46,294 nt of DNA from a virus: the IMG/VR virus record IMGVR_UViG_3300045988_155993; one strand, given 5' to 3'. The translations under genes were made by a program, and so were the position numbers. The stretch's first letter is position 1, and each line of letters begins with the position of its first letter. A model generated the notes under the pieces. The model had not been told where the DNA came from and searched no databases. It saw only the letters and a list, made by a program, of their open reading frames with translations. Below, piece after piece: positions 34,029 through 41,190 of the stretch.

Positions 34029-34634
34029 ATGAACACATTGGAGTGGATTGAAGCAAAAACGAGTCTTATTGAAATTCAGCTAGAGGATTTCTTTAAAATC
34101 AACCAACTAAAATTGCATATGATCAATACATATCCCATCATCTGCAATTATTTGAGTGTCAACAACGACATTGAAGGATTAGAGCAACGCTCTTTTGAAG
34201 ATTATAACGTTTTATATCAAGCGTTTATGAAGTATCAAAACATCATTTCTAAAATCAATCTAGAAGTCGTGTTTGTAGCATCCAAAGAAAATTTCTGTTT
34301 CTTCATGGGATGGACTGCAAAATTCTATGATGATATGCTAAATAGTACAAATGATGATATTAGAGCAATGATGGAAATGATTAATGACTATATCATTGAC
34401 TCTCAACTTTCAGCAGGTCAGCGAGGATTTATCAAGGCGAACCTTACAAAGTTCAGAGCACAAACCGCAGGAGAACATGGTCATTCGTTGATAACTCAAA
34501 AAGAACAATTAAGCTCAGGTGGAAAGAGCACAGAGCTTAAATCCAAAGAACAGTTGATAGCTGAACTAGAGGGAATGGGACTTAACAAACAGTTAGTAGG
34601 TAACACATACCCTCACGGTAAAAAATCAAAATAA
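34029..34634 (+). CDS. Hypothetical protein (last gene of the plus-strand early block)
   Basis: 201-aa ORF followed by a strong terminator. Confidence 0.45.
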   Translation: MNTLEWIEAKTSLIEIQLEDFFKINQLKLHMINTYPIICNYLSVNNDIEGLEQRSFEDYNVLYQAFMKYQNIISKINLEVVFVASKENFCFFMGWTAKFYDDMLNSTNDDIRAMMEMINDYIIDSQLSAGQRGFIKANLTKFRAQTAGEHGHSLITQKEQLSSGGKSTELKSKEQLIAELEGMGLNKQLVGNTYPHGKKSK

Positions 34635-34672
34635 AAAAGGTTGTGAAATTAAATCACAGCCTTTTGTTTTTA
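34632..34672. terminator. Bidirectional rho-independent terminator
   Basis: Stem GGTTGTGA/TCACAGCC with A-run and T-run flanks. Lies between convergent genes. Confidence 0.65.
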
Positions 34673-35356
34673 TTAGTATTTTGATAAAAGCTCTTCAATG
34701 AAGTTTTTACCTTTTTCGGTCCATCTTAACCAACTGGCTGAACCTTGGGTAAGGCCTTTCTTACTATACTTGCTGTAGAGATACCATCTACCTTTACGAG
34801 TATATTGAACACCCGTGACATTTAGGAATTTATTCAACTCTCTAGCGGTCATATGATGTGTTCTTGCTATTTCGTCAACGGTGTATAATCTTTCATCCTC
34901 AACTTGTTTAACTTCTTTACCTTCAAGTTTAAATCTTAATTGCCTATTTTCTAAAACCAGTTGTTCATTCATCTTAACTTCATCAACTAATCTTTCAAGT
35001 GCTTCAAGATAGTTGCTAGGAAGGGCGGGTATTTGTTGTTTGATATGATTTTCCATTTCTTCAAAACGATTAACATATTTAGCGGTAAAGATTACACCTT
35101 TTTCACCAGTTAATTTGTTTGCTACCATTTCACAACCTTTCTTGGTTAATAGGTAGCATTTACGTGTCTCACCTTTACCATCTTTATACTCATTTGGAAT
35201 AAAGAAATCTAACGGGCGCAATTTTGCGCTGGTTAATATTCCCTCATAATTACGTACTTTTTTCAATAAATCCTTATGTTGAATACCAACCATTTCAGCA
35301 ACTTCTCTACTGTCGATTGTTTCAACGGGTGATACATTTATTAATTGGTTGCTCAT
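34673..35356 (-). CDS. Rha-family phage regulatory protein (pRha N-terminus, KilA-C/ORF6C-like C-terminus)
   Basis: N-terminal VETIDSREVAEMVGIQHKDLLKKV... is typical of Rha. Confidence 0.6.
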   Translation of the reverse strand: MSNQLINVSPVETIDSREVAEMVGIQHKDLLKKVRNYEGILTSAKLRPLDFFIPNEYKDGKGETRKCYLLTKKGCEMVANKLTGEKGVIFTAKYVNRFEEMENHIKQQIPALPSNYLEALERLVDEVKMNEQLVLENRQLRFKLEGKEVKQVEDERLYTVDEIARTHHMTARELNKFLNVTGVQYTRKGRWYLYSKYSKKGLTQGSASWLRWTEKGKNFIEELLSKY

Positions 35357-35547
35357 TTGAAAGCACGACCTTTCTTTTGTGCCTTAACACCTTGCATATA
35401 GCCTAGTATAAATGCGTTACCGATTAATTCTCCTCTGTCATTAGACATATTGTTTATCTCATACATTTGGTCCGTGTATAGATCATAAAACGGATTTATT
35501 TTACCTGATATTTTCTTGATTGTTTTTTCTACATTAACTCGTGCCAT
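35353..35547 (-). CDS. Hypothetical small protein
   Basis: 64 aa with an ATGA overlap onto the Rha gene. Confidence 0.35.
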   Translation of the reverse strand: MARVNVEKTIKKISGKINPFYDLYTDQMYEINNMSNDRGELIGNAFILGYMQGVKAQKKGRAFK

Positions 35548-35573
35548 TTTTATTTACCTCTTTCTTTAAATTT

Positions 35574-35604
35574 TAGGCACTTAATGTTATAATATAAGTG
35601 CCTA
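35574..35604. promoter_or_regulatory. 10-bp perfect inverted repeat (TAGGCACTTA / TAAGTGCCTA), operator-like
   Basis: Read directly from the sequence. The loop contains TTATAAT. Confidence 0.4.
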
Positions 35605-35615
35605 GATGTGTGTAA

Positions 35616-35657
35616 TAGTGAGATTAACTTTGGCGAGTGGCTCACTATTTTTATTTT
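35616..35657 (+). terminator. Plus-oriented terminator-like hairpin inside the minus-strand cassette
   Basis: TAGTGAG ... CTCACTA followed by TTTTTATTTTT. Confidence 0.4.
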
Positions 35658-35824
35658 TCCAATCCTAACAATTTTTCTAACCCTAAACGTGTAGCTTCGG
35701 TTTTTGTTATGTTATGTTCATCACAATATTTCATTAGTTCTTCATAGGTAATATCATCAATCCTAATTTTAATATCATGCTTTTTAGGGTTTTCAATTTT
35801 AGGTCGCCCAGTTCTTGGACTCAT
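35651..35824 (-). CDS. Ribbon-helix-helix (CopG/Arc-like) DNA-binding protein
   Basis: RBS GAAAGGAG precedes the ATG at 35824. N-terminal beta-strand RTGRPKIENPKKHDIKIRIDD followed by helices. Confidence 0.5.
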   Translation of the reverse strand: MSPRTGRPKIENPKKHDIKIRIDDITYEELMKYCDEHNITKTEATRLGLEKLLGLEK

Positions 35825-35854
35825 GATTTCAACTCCTTTCTTTTTGGTTACCAC

Positions 35855-35890
35855 AAATTAATTATATTTAATGGTTACCATAAAGCCAAC
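35855..35890. promoter_or_regulatory. Direct repeats TGGTTACCA (x2, 27 bp apart) upstream of the RHH gene; operator candidate
   Basis: Repeats at 35855-35863 and 35882-35890. Confidence 0.4.
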
Positions 35891-35901
35891 TACTAATTTC
35901 A

Positions 35902-35940
35902 CAAAAAAGGGGACTCCTTAATTTTGAGGAGTCCTTTTCT
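35902..35940. terminator. Bidirectional terminator downstream of the serine recombinase gene
   Basis: GGACTCCT ... AGGAGTCC (8 bp, perfect) with a T-run on both strands. Confidence 0.6.
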
Positions 35941-36554
35941 TATGCATATTCCTTCTTGATCTTGCAAACATATTGTCTAGATTTACCCGTTTTAAATTGA
36001 ATTTCTCTCGTTGAATAACCTTCTTTTGCCATTTTAACAATTAGATCAATAACTTCTTGCGCTTTTTTTGTTGCAGGTCTACCAAGTTTGACACCTTGTT
36101 CTTTTTTAGCTTGAAGCGCATCTTTTGTTCTTCGTGAAAGTTTTTCTCTTTCATTTTGAGATGCAAAGCAATAAGTATCTAAAACGATTGATTTAATTAA
36201 CTTGATATTTAAGTCAACTGTTCCGTCTTCTTTGTAGATTGACATAGATAGAGCAGGGACTTCTAAAATAATGACATTAACAACGTTATCTTCAAACCAT
36301 TTGTATTCTCTTTTAATTCCGTCCCAATCACGACCTAATCTATCAACTTCTGTAAAGTACACGGTATCTTCTCCACTTTTGACAGTGTCTTTTAATTTTG
36401 AAAATTCGGGTCTATCAAAAGTCTTACCAGTAATGACATCAATAAACCATCCGTCAATATGAATGTTATTCTTTTCAAAATAATCTTTCAAAATGTACTC
36501 TTGTCTATCTGTATGTTGTTTGTTTGTACTAATTCTCATGTATGCGTAATTCAT
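35940..36554 (-). CDS. Small serine recombinase (resolvase/invertase family) with C-terminal HTH
   Basis: N-terminal YAYMRISTNKQ serine motif plus RLGRD, and a C-terminal HTH (GYSTREIQFKTGKSRQYV). Confidence 0.75.
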   Translation of the reverse strand: MNYAYMRISTNKQHTDRQEYILKDYFEKNNIHIDGWFIDVITGKTFDRPEFSKLKDTVKSGEDTVYFTEVDRLGRDWDGIKREYKWFEDNVVNVIILEVPALSMSIYKEDGTVDLNIKLIKSIVLDTYCFASQNEREKLSRRTKDALQAKKEQGVKLGRPATKKAQEVIDLIVKMAKEGYSTREIQFKTGKSRQYVCKIKKEYA

Positions 36555-36627
36555 TATATATTCCTCCTTGAATGAATTTGTTTAGTTTCGATATTTACCG
36601 TCATATATCGAGAACGCTCCTATTTCT

Positions 36628-36647
36628 TTGTGAAGCGCTGTTCACAA
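36628..36647. promoter_or_regulatory. Dyad TTGTGAA-GCGCTG-TTCACAA in the recombinase promoter region (contains GAAG-N4-GTTC, one mismatch from a Cheo/LexA box)
   Basis: Read directly from the sequence. Confidence 0.35.
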
Positions 36648-36735
36648 TATTTTTGAATAAGTCTTAACCTTGCTTAAAACACTTCTCTACGAGCCTTTAT
36701 ATCTAATCTTATGATATGTGTTGAATGTGATGTGA

Positions 36736-36987
36736 TTAATCGACATCTGTTATATCATCAGTATCCAATTTAATGACATCTTTATTCTTGCCTTTGTCTC
36801 TAATAACAATTTCTAGATCAAGATAATCACAAATCTTAATCAATTCATCAGCGGTTATAAACCCACTTCTTATTTTATTGCTCAACGCTTGTTTAGAAGA
36901 CATTCCTAAAACATCTTGCAATGAATTTTGTCTGACATTCTTATAGCCTAGCAAAAACTGAATTTTATTCTTTAACATTTTTTTCAA
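36736..36987 (-). CDS. XRE-family HTH regulator
   Basis: HTH segment VRQNSLQDVLGMSSKQALSNKIRSG. TTG start at 36987, or ATG at 36978 with a G-rich RBS. Confidence 0.5.
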   Translation of the reverse strand: MKKMLKNKIQFLLGYKNVRQNSLQDVLGMSSKQALSNKIRSGFITADELIKICDYLDLEIVIRDKGKNKDVIKLDTDDITDVD

Positions 36988-37223
36988 CCCCTCGCCCCCC
37001 TAAAACAGATGCGTACCTAGACATACCCCCATACACACCCCCTTAGAGTTAATTCTTTGTTCTCTTTATATATAACATAGTCATTTTATAAAGTCAATAG
37101 AAAATGAATAAAAATGATAATTTAATATTTACAAGTACATTTAAGAAATTTACAAAAAAGTATTGAAAAGTAAATAACGTGGGTGTACTATATGGGTGTC
37201 AAGAGGAACGGAGGACAAGAGAA

Positions 37224-37544
37224 ATGGCAAAAATTAGAAAAGTAGAAGTTAAAACAATCTACACAATAGAATACACATGTAAGGAGCTTTTAAATATTAT
37301 CGTTGATGCTCCAAAAGACAAAACAAATATAAACGGTATCTTTGATGACCTAGGCGGTGAAGATTGCAAATTGAACAGAGTCAAAGACATTTATAAAGGT
37401 GAAGAAATGCTAACCGCTGATGAACTTACATATATAGCAAATAAGCTAGGTTTTGACGGTTGGGAGTTTGCAGGAACTTATAACAAAGAAAGAAAAATAA
37501 GAACAATAACCGTTTATAACAACGGTGATACAATCAACATTTAA
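37224..37544 (+). CDS. Hypothetical protein
   Basis: RBS GGAGGA precedes the ATG (MAKIRKVEV...). Confidence 0.45.
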   Translation: MAKIRKVEVKTIYTIEYTCKELLNIIVDAPKDKTNINGIFDDLGGEDCKLNRVKDIYKGEEMLTADELTYIANKLGFDGWEFAGTYNKERKIRTITVYNNGDTINI

Positions 37545-37566
37545 CAGAAAGAGAGGAACAAAAAAC

Positions 37567-37968
37567 ATGGCAAGAACAATATACCAAGACCCATATAACT
37601 CAATAAAAACATGGGAAGTAACAGAATTAAACGGTGGGTATTACCTAAAACAATTTATCAACGGAAAGCAATTCGGCAGAGGTTTAAGAACAACAAAAAA
37701 ACATCTTAAAGAAATCGGAATTTTTGAAATGAGTTGTATAAAAGTTATAGACAACTGGAAAGAAGAAAGCAGAAACACAGAAAAAAGAAAGCTAGAGCTT
37801 AACCGCTTCTACTTCACTAACAAAATAATAACAAGAATGATGCTAGAAGTTAGAAGAGCGCTAAAGGAAGAAAAAGCAAGCAACAAAAGGCTTGAGCTAA
37901 AAGAAAAATATGCGGAGCTAGTGGAAGTAAGCAAAAAAATATTTGTTATGAAAAGAAAATACTATTAA
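37567..37968 (+). CDS. Hypothetical basic protein
   Basis: ATG at 37567 (MARTIYQDP...), 133 aa. Confidence 0.45.
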   Translation: MARTIYQDPYNSIKTWEVTELNGGYYLKQFINGKQFGRGLRTTKKHLKEIGIFEMSCIKVIDNWKEESRNTEKRKLELNRFYFTNKIITRMMLEVRRALKEEKASNKRLELKEKYAELVEVSKKIFVMKRKYY

Positions 37969-37983
37969 AGGAGGAATAGAGCA

Positions 37984-38484
37984 ATGGAAGCATATGTTAC
38001 AAATTTAGGAAAATACAACGAAGGGGAATTGATTGGAAAATGGGCACAATTCCCAATGGATGAAGAAGAATTTACGGAAACATTGAAAAGTATCGGAGTT
38101 CAAGAAGGTTCAGCTTATGAAGAATATTTCATAACTGATTATGAAACAAGCTACGTAACTGCATACGAAGAATTAGGAGAATACCCAAATTTAGAAAGCT
38201 TGAACGAGTTAGCAGAGCTAGACAACAAAATCGGAGAAAATGAAGCACTTCAAGCATTGATAGAAGCGATTGGGGACATTCAAGAAGCTTATGAAACTTT
38301 TAAAAATGAAAGATATGTTTTTTATAAGGGTCAAACATTGGAAGACGTAGCTTACGAACTTGTGCAAGATAGGGAAGATCTAAGCGAATTCGCTAGAAGA
38401 TACTTTAACTATAAATCATTTGCTAATGATTTAAGCTACGAAGGTTATGACAAAGTAGAAAACGGGGTTATTTATTTTTATTAG
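37984..38484 (+). CDS. ardA: Antirestriction protein ArdA (DNA mimic, anti-type-I R-M)
   Basis: N-terminal MEAYVTNLGKYNEGELIGKWAQFPMDEEEF matches the ArdA family start, and the protein is highly acidic throughout. Confidence 0.65.
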   Translation: MEAYVTNLGKYNEGELIGKWAQFPMDEEEFTETLKSIGVQEGSAYEEYFITDYETSYVTAYEELGEYPNLESLNELAELDNKIGENEALQALIEAIGDIQEAYETFKNERYVFYKGQTLEDVAYELVQDREDLSEFARRYFNYKSFANDLSYEGYDKVENGVIYFY

Positions 38485-38501
38485 AAAAGGAGAATAAAGG
38501 C

Positions 38502-38801
38502 ATGAAATATTATTATTTATTTCAACATGATAGCGTTGTAGGTCTTATGGATGAGCTACAAGAAAATTTATACATTTGCCATTTAGATGATGGATATATT
38601 GAAAAAATAAAAGATATATGGGAAGTGTTCAGCGCTTACAACAATCTAACATGGAATAGAAAATATAAGGGTATTTTAGTTGATGGGCTAGAAGATAACG
38701 GCTTTATTATTTCTTACATAAGCAAAGAGGGAAACATAACAGCTTATAACAGAGATATAGAACATCATATTTTTATCAGGATTGTGGAGGGCTTAGGATA
38801 A
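38502..38801 (+). CDS. Hypothetical protein
   Basis: 99 aa with RBS AAGGAG upstream. Confidence 0.45.
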   Translation: MKYYYLFQHDSVVGLMDELQENLYICHLDDGYIEKIKDIWEVFSAYNNLTWNRKYKGILVDGLEDNGFIISYISKEGNITAYNRDIEHHIFIRIVEGLG

Positions 38802-38956
38802 TGGAAAATGGTTTATTATTGGTTGTGATTTTCTTGATCTTTGGAAAATTTGCTTTAATTTGTCTATTTAGCATCAAGAAAGAATGCTATAATAGTTTCA
38901 AGAAAGAAAAAAAACAAAAAGAATTATTTGAAAAAATAGAAAGAATGAGGGTTTAA
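38801..38956 (+). CDS. Small hydrophobic peptide (51 aa)
   Basis: MENGLLLVVIFLIFGKFALICLF... The ORF is not in the supplied track. Confidence 0.3.
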   Translation: MENGLLLVVIFLIFGKFALICLFSIKKECYNSFKKEKKQKELFEKIERMRV

Positions 38957-39081
38957 GGATTATGTGGACATTATTTAAAATTTTCTTTTATATCGTTGTA
39001 TTACCTATTAGAGCTATGTGGTGTTTATTCATGAGCTTAGCAGGTATGTATAAATAGAATCAAATTAAATAGATAATAATA

Positions 39082-39117
39082 AACTAGGTTCAAATATAAA
39101 GAGCCTAGTTTTTTTGT
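39082..39117 (+). terminator. Rho-independent terminator ending the ardA operon
   Basis: AACTAGG ... CCTAGTT followed by a T7 run. Confidence 0.6.
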
Positions 39118-39129
39118 TTATAGATATTT

Positions 39130-39720
39130 AATACCCGTTTATTATTCTTAATACTTTAATACTTAAATACATAATACGTATTAATATATAAGTGCTTAAT
39201 ATTAAAGGAATGCGAATATAAGCCCGTATAAAAGACTTTTGCTATAACTGGAATAATTAACCTAGAACATATAAAACGTGCGTACAATCGAAAATATAAG
39301 CTATTTAAGTATATGTTATGCTATTTACGTATATAGACATAATTAACCATGAAGCATATAAAAGCCTCGTATGAGCGAATATAAGAGCGTATGAGGACAT
39401 ATAGCAGGGCTAGGGGATGCAGGTGTATAGCCATACAGCAAGGAGCAGGGCAAGGATTTGTATATTTGTTCTTGATGCGCTTGATCCAACGAATGTAGGA
39501 ACAATAAGAAACAATCGAAAAGCCTTTGCTTTTAGTTCTCTTGTATATTCCCGTGGGGTGGGTGTATCGCTGTTCTTTTTTCTTTCCCTCACTTTTATAT
39601 ATTTAAGTAACTATCTATATTATAACCTTTATATTTAATACTACTATAATACTTAATACTAATACTTAATTATTAATACTAATACTTAATATATAAGTAT
39701 GTATTAAGTATAAGGTTATT
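39130..39720. repeat. Repeat-rich noncoding region: two clusters of ATACTTAA/TTAAGTAT octamers flanking ATATAA(A/G)...GTAT iteron-like repeats
   Basis: Octamer clusters at about 39148-39215 and 39646-39715. ATAATTAACC(T/A)(A/T)GAA(G)CATATAAAA is repeated at about 39251 and 39338. Confidence 0.6.
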
Positions 39721-40186
39721 GTTTTTATAGGGGTATATATATTAATAGGGGGTATTAAATGCTTTTCTTATATTAATACTTTAATAATAAAAGTAATATA
39801 ACCTAAGGGGAACAGAGAGAAAAGAAGAGCACCAAGAAGAAGTATAAGGACAGATGAAAAGCTATATAGAATAGCATAATGTGTATATAATATCACGCGT
39901 TAATAGTACAACATAGGGCTATCGAGGAGCTAAAAATGACAATGTAAATAAAAACGTTCGTTTTGGTTGACACTTTAGAGCTAGAAAAACACTATACTTT
40001 TTATGCATAGCCACCCCTCCCTATTTTGCCGAGATCGGTACGGGGGTTAGTTACTCCACCATCCTACACACAAAAAATTTTCAAATCATAGAGCCTTTTT
40101 ATTTTTAAAAACACAGTATAAATTATATATTTTTATTTTTGCTAGGTTGTCTTGACAACTTGACAAATCGAGCGTAAACTCATGTA

Positions 40187-40252
40187 TGTAAGTGAAATAG
40201 CACTCAAAAGGGTTTTCTCCCTTCTTTAGCGCCCGTTGTGGGTGCTTTTTTA
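40187..40252 (+). ncRNA. Candidate small RNA (about 66 nt) with its own promoter and terminator
   Basis: Promoter TTGACA (40152)-N17-TAAACT (40175). Internal AAGGG/CCCTT hairpin, and a terminator AGCGCCC-gttgt-GGGTGCT followed by T6 at 40228-40252. Confidence 0.35.
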
Positions 40253-40484
40253 TTTACAAATTTGCAAAGCCATTCTTTAGCTTCTTATTAAATCATAAGT
40301 CCATCAAGCCTAAAGCTTGTAAAAGCACCGAGTACAATGACCAGAAGGTTGAACACTAAACACAGCAATGGTGGTGGTGAAAATAGCTGAATTAGTGTCG
40401 CTAAATACTTTACATGCATAACATTTCAAAAAAAGGAAGATAGTTGACGTAAAACAACTAAGGGAACAAAACGTTCCCTCATCT

Positions 40485-40576
40485 GCACATTTACCCAAGA
40501 GGTTTAAGGGGACTGTTTGCTAAACAGTTAGTAGATGTTAAATCTAGCGCAGGTTCAAATCCTGCAATGTGCGCCA
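40485..40576 (+). tRNA. tRNA-Ser (anticodon GCU), class II with long variable arm; CCA encoded
   Basis: Manual fold. Acceptor GCACATT/AATGTGC, 3-bp D-stem CCC/GGG, anticodon stem ACTGT/ACAGT with loop TTGCTAA, variable arm TAGAT/ATCTA, T-arm GCAGG-TTCAAAT-CCTGC, discriminator G, then CCA. Confidence 0.75.
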
Positions 40577-40627
40577 AAATCTATTCACATTACCAAAATA
40601 AAATTTTAAAGATAGGAGGAAAATTCA

Positions 40628-40828
40628 ATGCGAGGAACTGTTAAAAACTTTGACAATACAAAAGGGTTTGGTTTTATTATTCCTGAAGGTGAAGGAAACG
40701 ACATCTTTGTACATTACACTCAAATCGAGGGTGAAGGATATAAAACTTTAAGTGCAGGAGATCAAGTAGAATTTGATGTCAAAAACACAGAACGTGGTTG
40801 TCAAGCTCAAAAAGTTAAAAAAATCTAG
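40628..40828 (+). CDS. csp: Cold-shock protein (CspA family)
   Basis: RBS AGGAGGAAAA. MRGTVKNFDNTKGFGFI...DIFVHYTQI carries the RNP1/RNP2 motifs. 66 aa. Confidence 0.85.
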   Translation: MRGTVKNFDNTKGFGFIIPEGEGNDIFVHYTQIEGEGYKTLSAGDQVEFDVKNTERGCQAQKVKKI

Positions 40829-41029
40829 AAAAAGTTAAAAACCTAATAAAGAATTATATCATGACCTTAAAGTGGCTGTATTAACATTTCCATATGAATT
40901 CGACTGGTTTCATTTGTTATAATTTCCTTCTTGAAAACTATAAATTGTACAAAAAAGCGTAGTATTCATAATACAGTCAAGAAACATTTGATTAGTGGAT
41001 GTTTGTTGTCTTTTCAAACTAATCAACTT

Positions 41030-41091
41030 GGAAGATAATCGGAAGCATATTGGTGTTGGCAATTGCGGAGGTTCGAGTCCTTCATCTTCCA
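41030..41091 (+). other. tRNA-like 62-nt element lacking a D-arm
   Basis: 7-bp acceptor GGAAGAT/ATCTTCC, canonical T-arm GGAGG-TTCGAGT-CCTTC, and a 4-bp stem with loop GTGTTGG (GUU). Too short for a normal tRNA. Confidence 0.3.
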
Positions 41092-41190
41092 CCCCTTACT
41101 CTATTATTTACAAGCTAGGATTTAAAAAGTTTATGTCTTTTTATTTCCTAGCTTTTTTTATTTATGCAAAAAAACAAGGAGGTTGAGAAA

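Noticed and set aside
34029-34634. The 201-aa ORF at the end of the early block as the small terminase
   Set aside because: It is separated from the large terminase gene by about 7 kb and two terminators. The ORF immediately upstream of the large terminase gene (41191..41550) is the better candidate.
36988-37050. G-quadruplex as the primary explanation of the C-rich island
   Set aside because: The G-tracts are separated by long loops (up to about 25 nt). Dual use as RBS/leader sequence explains the composition more simply. It is kept only as a secondary possibility in the findings.
39410-39638. ORFs of 60-73 aa on both strands within the repeat-rich intergenic region
   Set aside because: The sequences are low-complexity products of AT-rich repeats with no RBS. 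The region is better explained as a noncoding repeat array.
39130-39720. Possible CRISPR array suggested by the short repeated octamers
   Set aside because: Repeats are 8 nt, irregularly spaced, and present in both orientations. There are no 25-40-nt repeats with unique spacers and no cas genes.
40310-40498. 62-aa minus-strand ORF overlapping the tRNA-Ser region
   Set aside because: It is Cys/Phe-rich with no RBS, and it overlaps a well-folded tRNA on the opposite strand.
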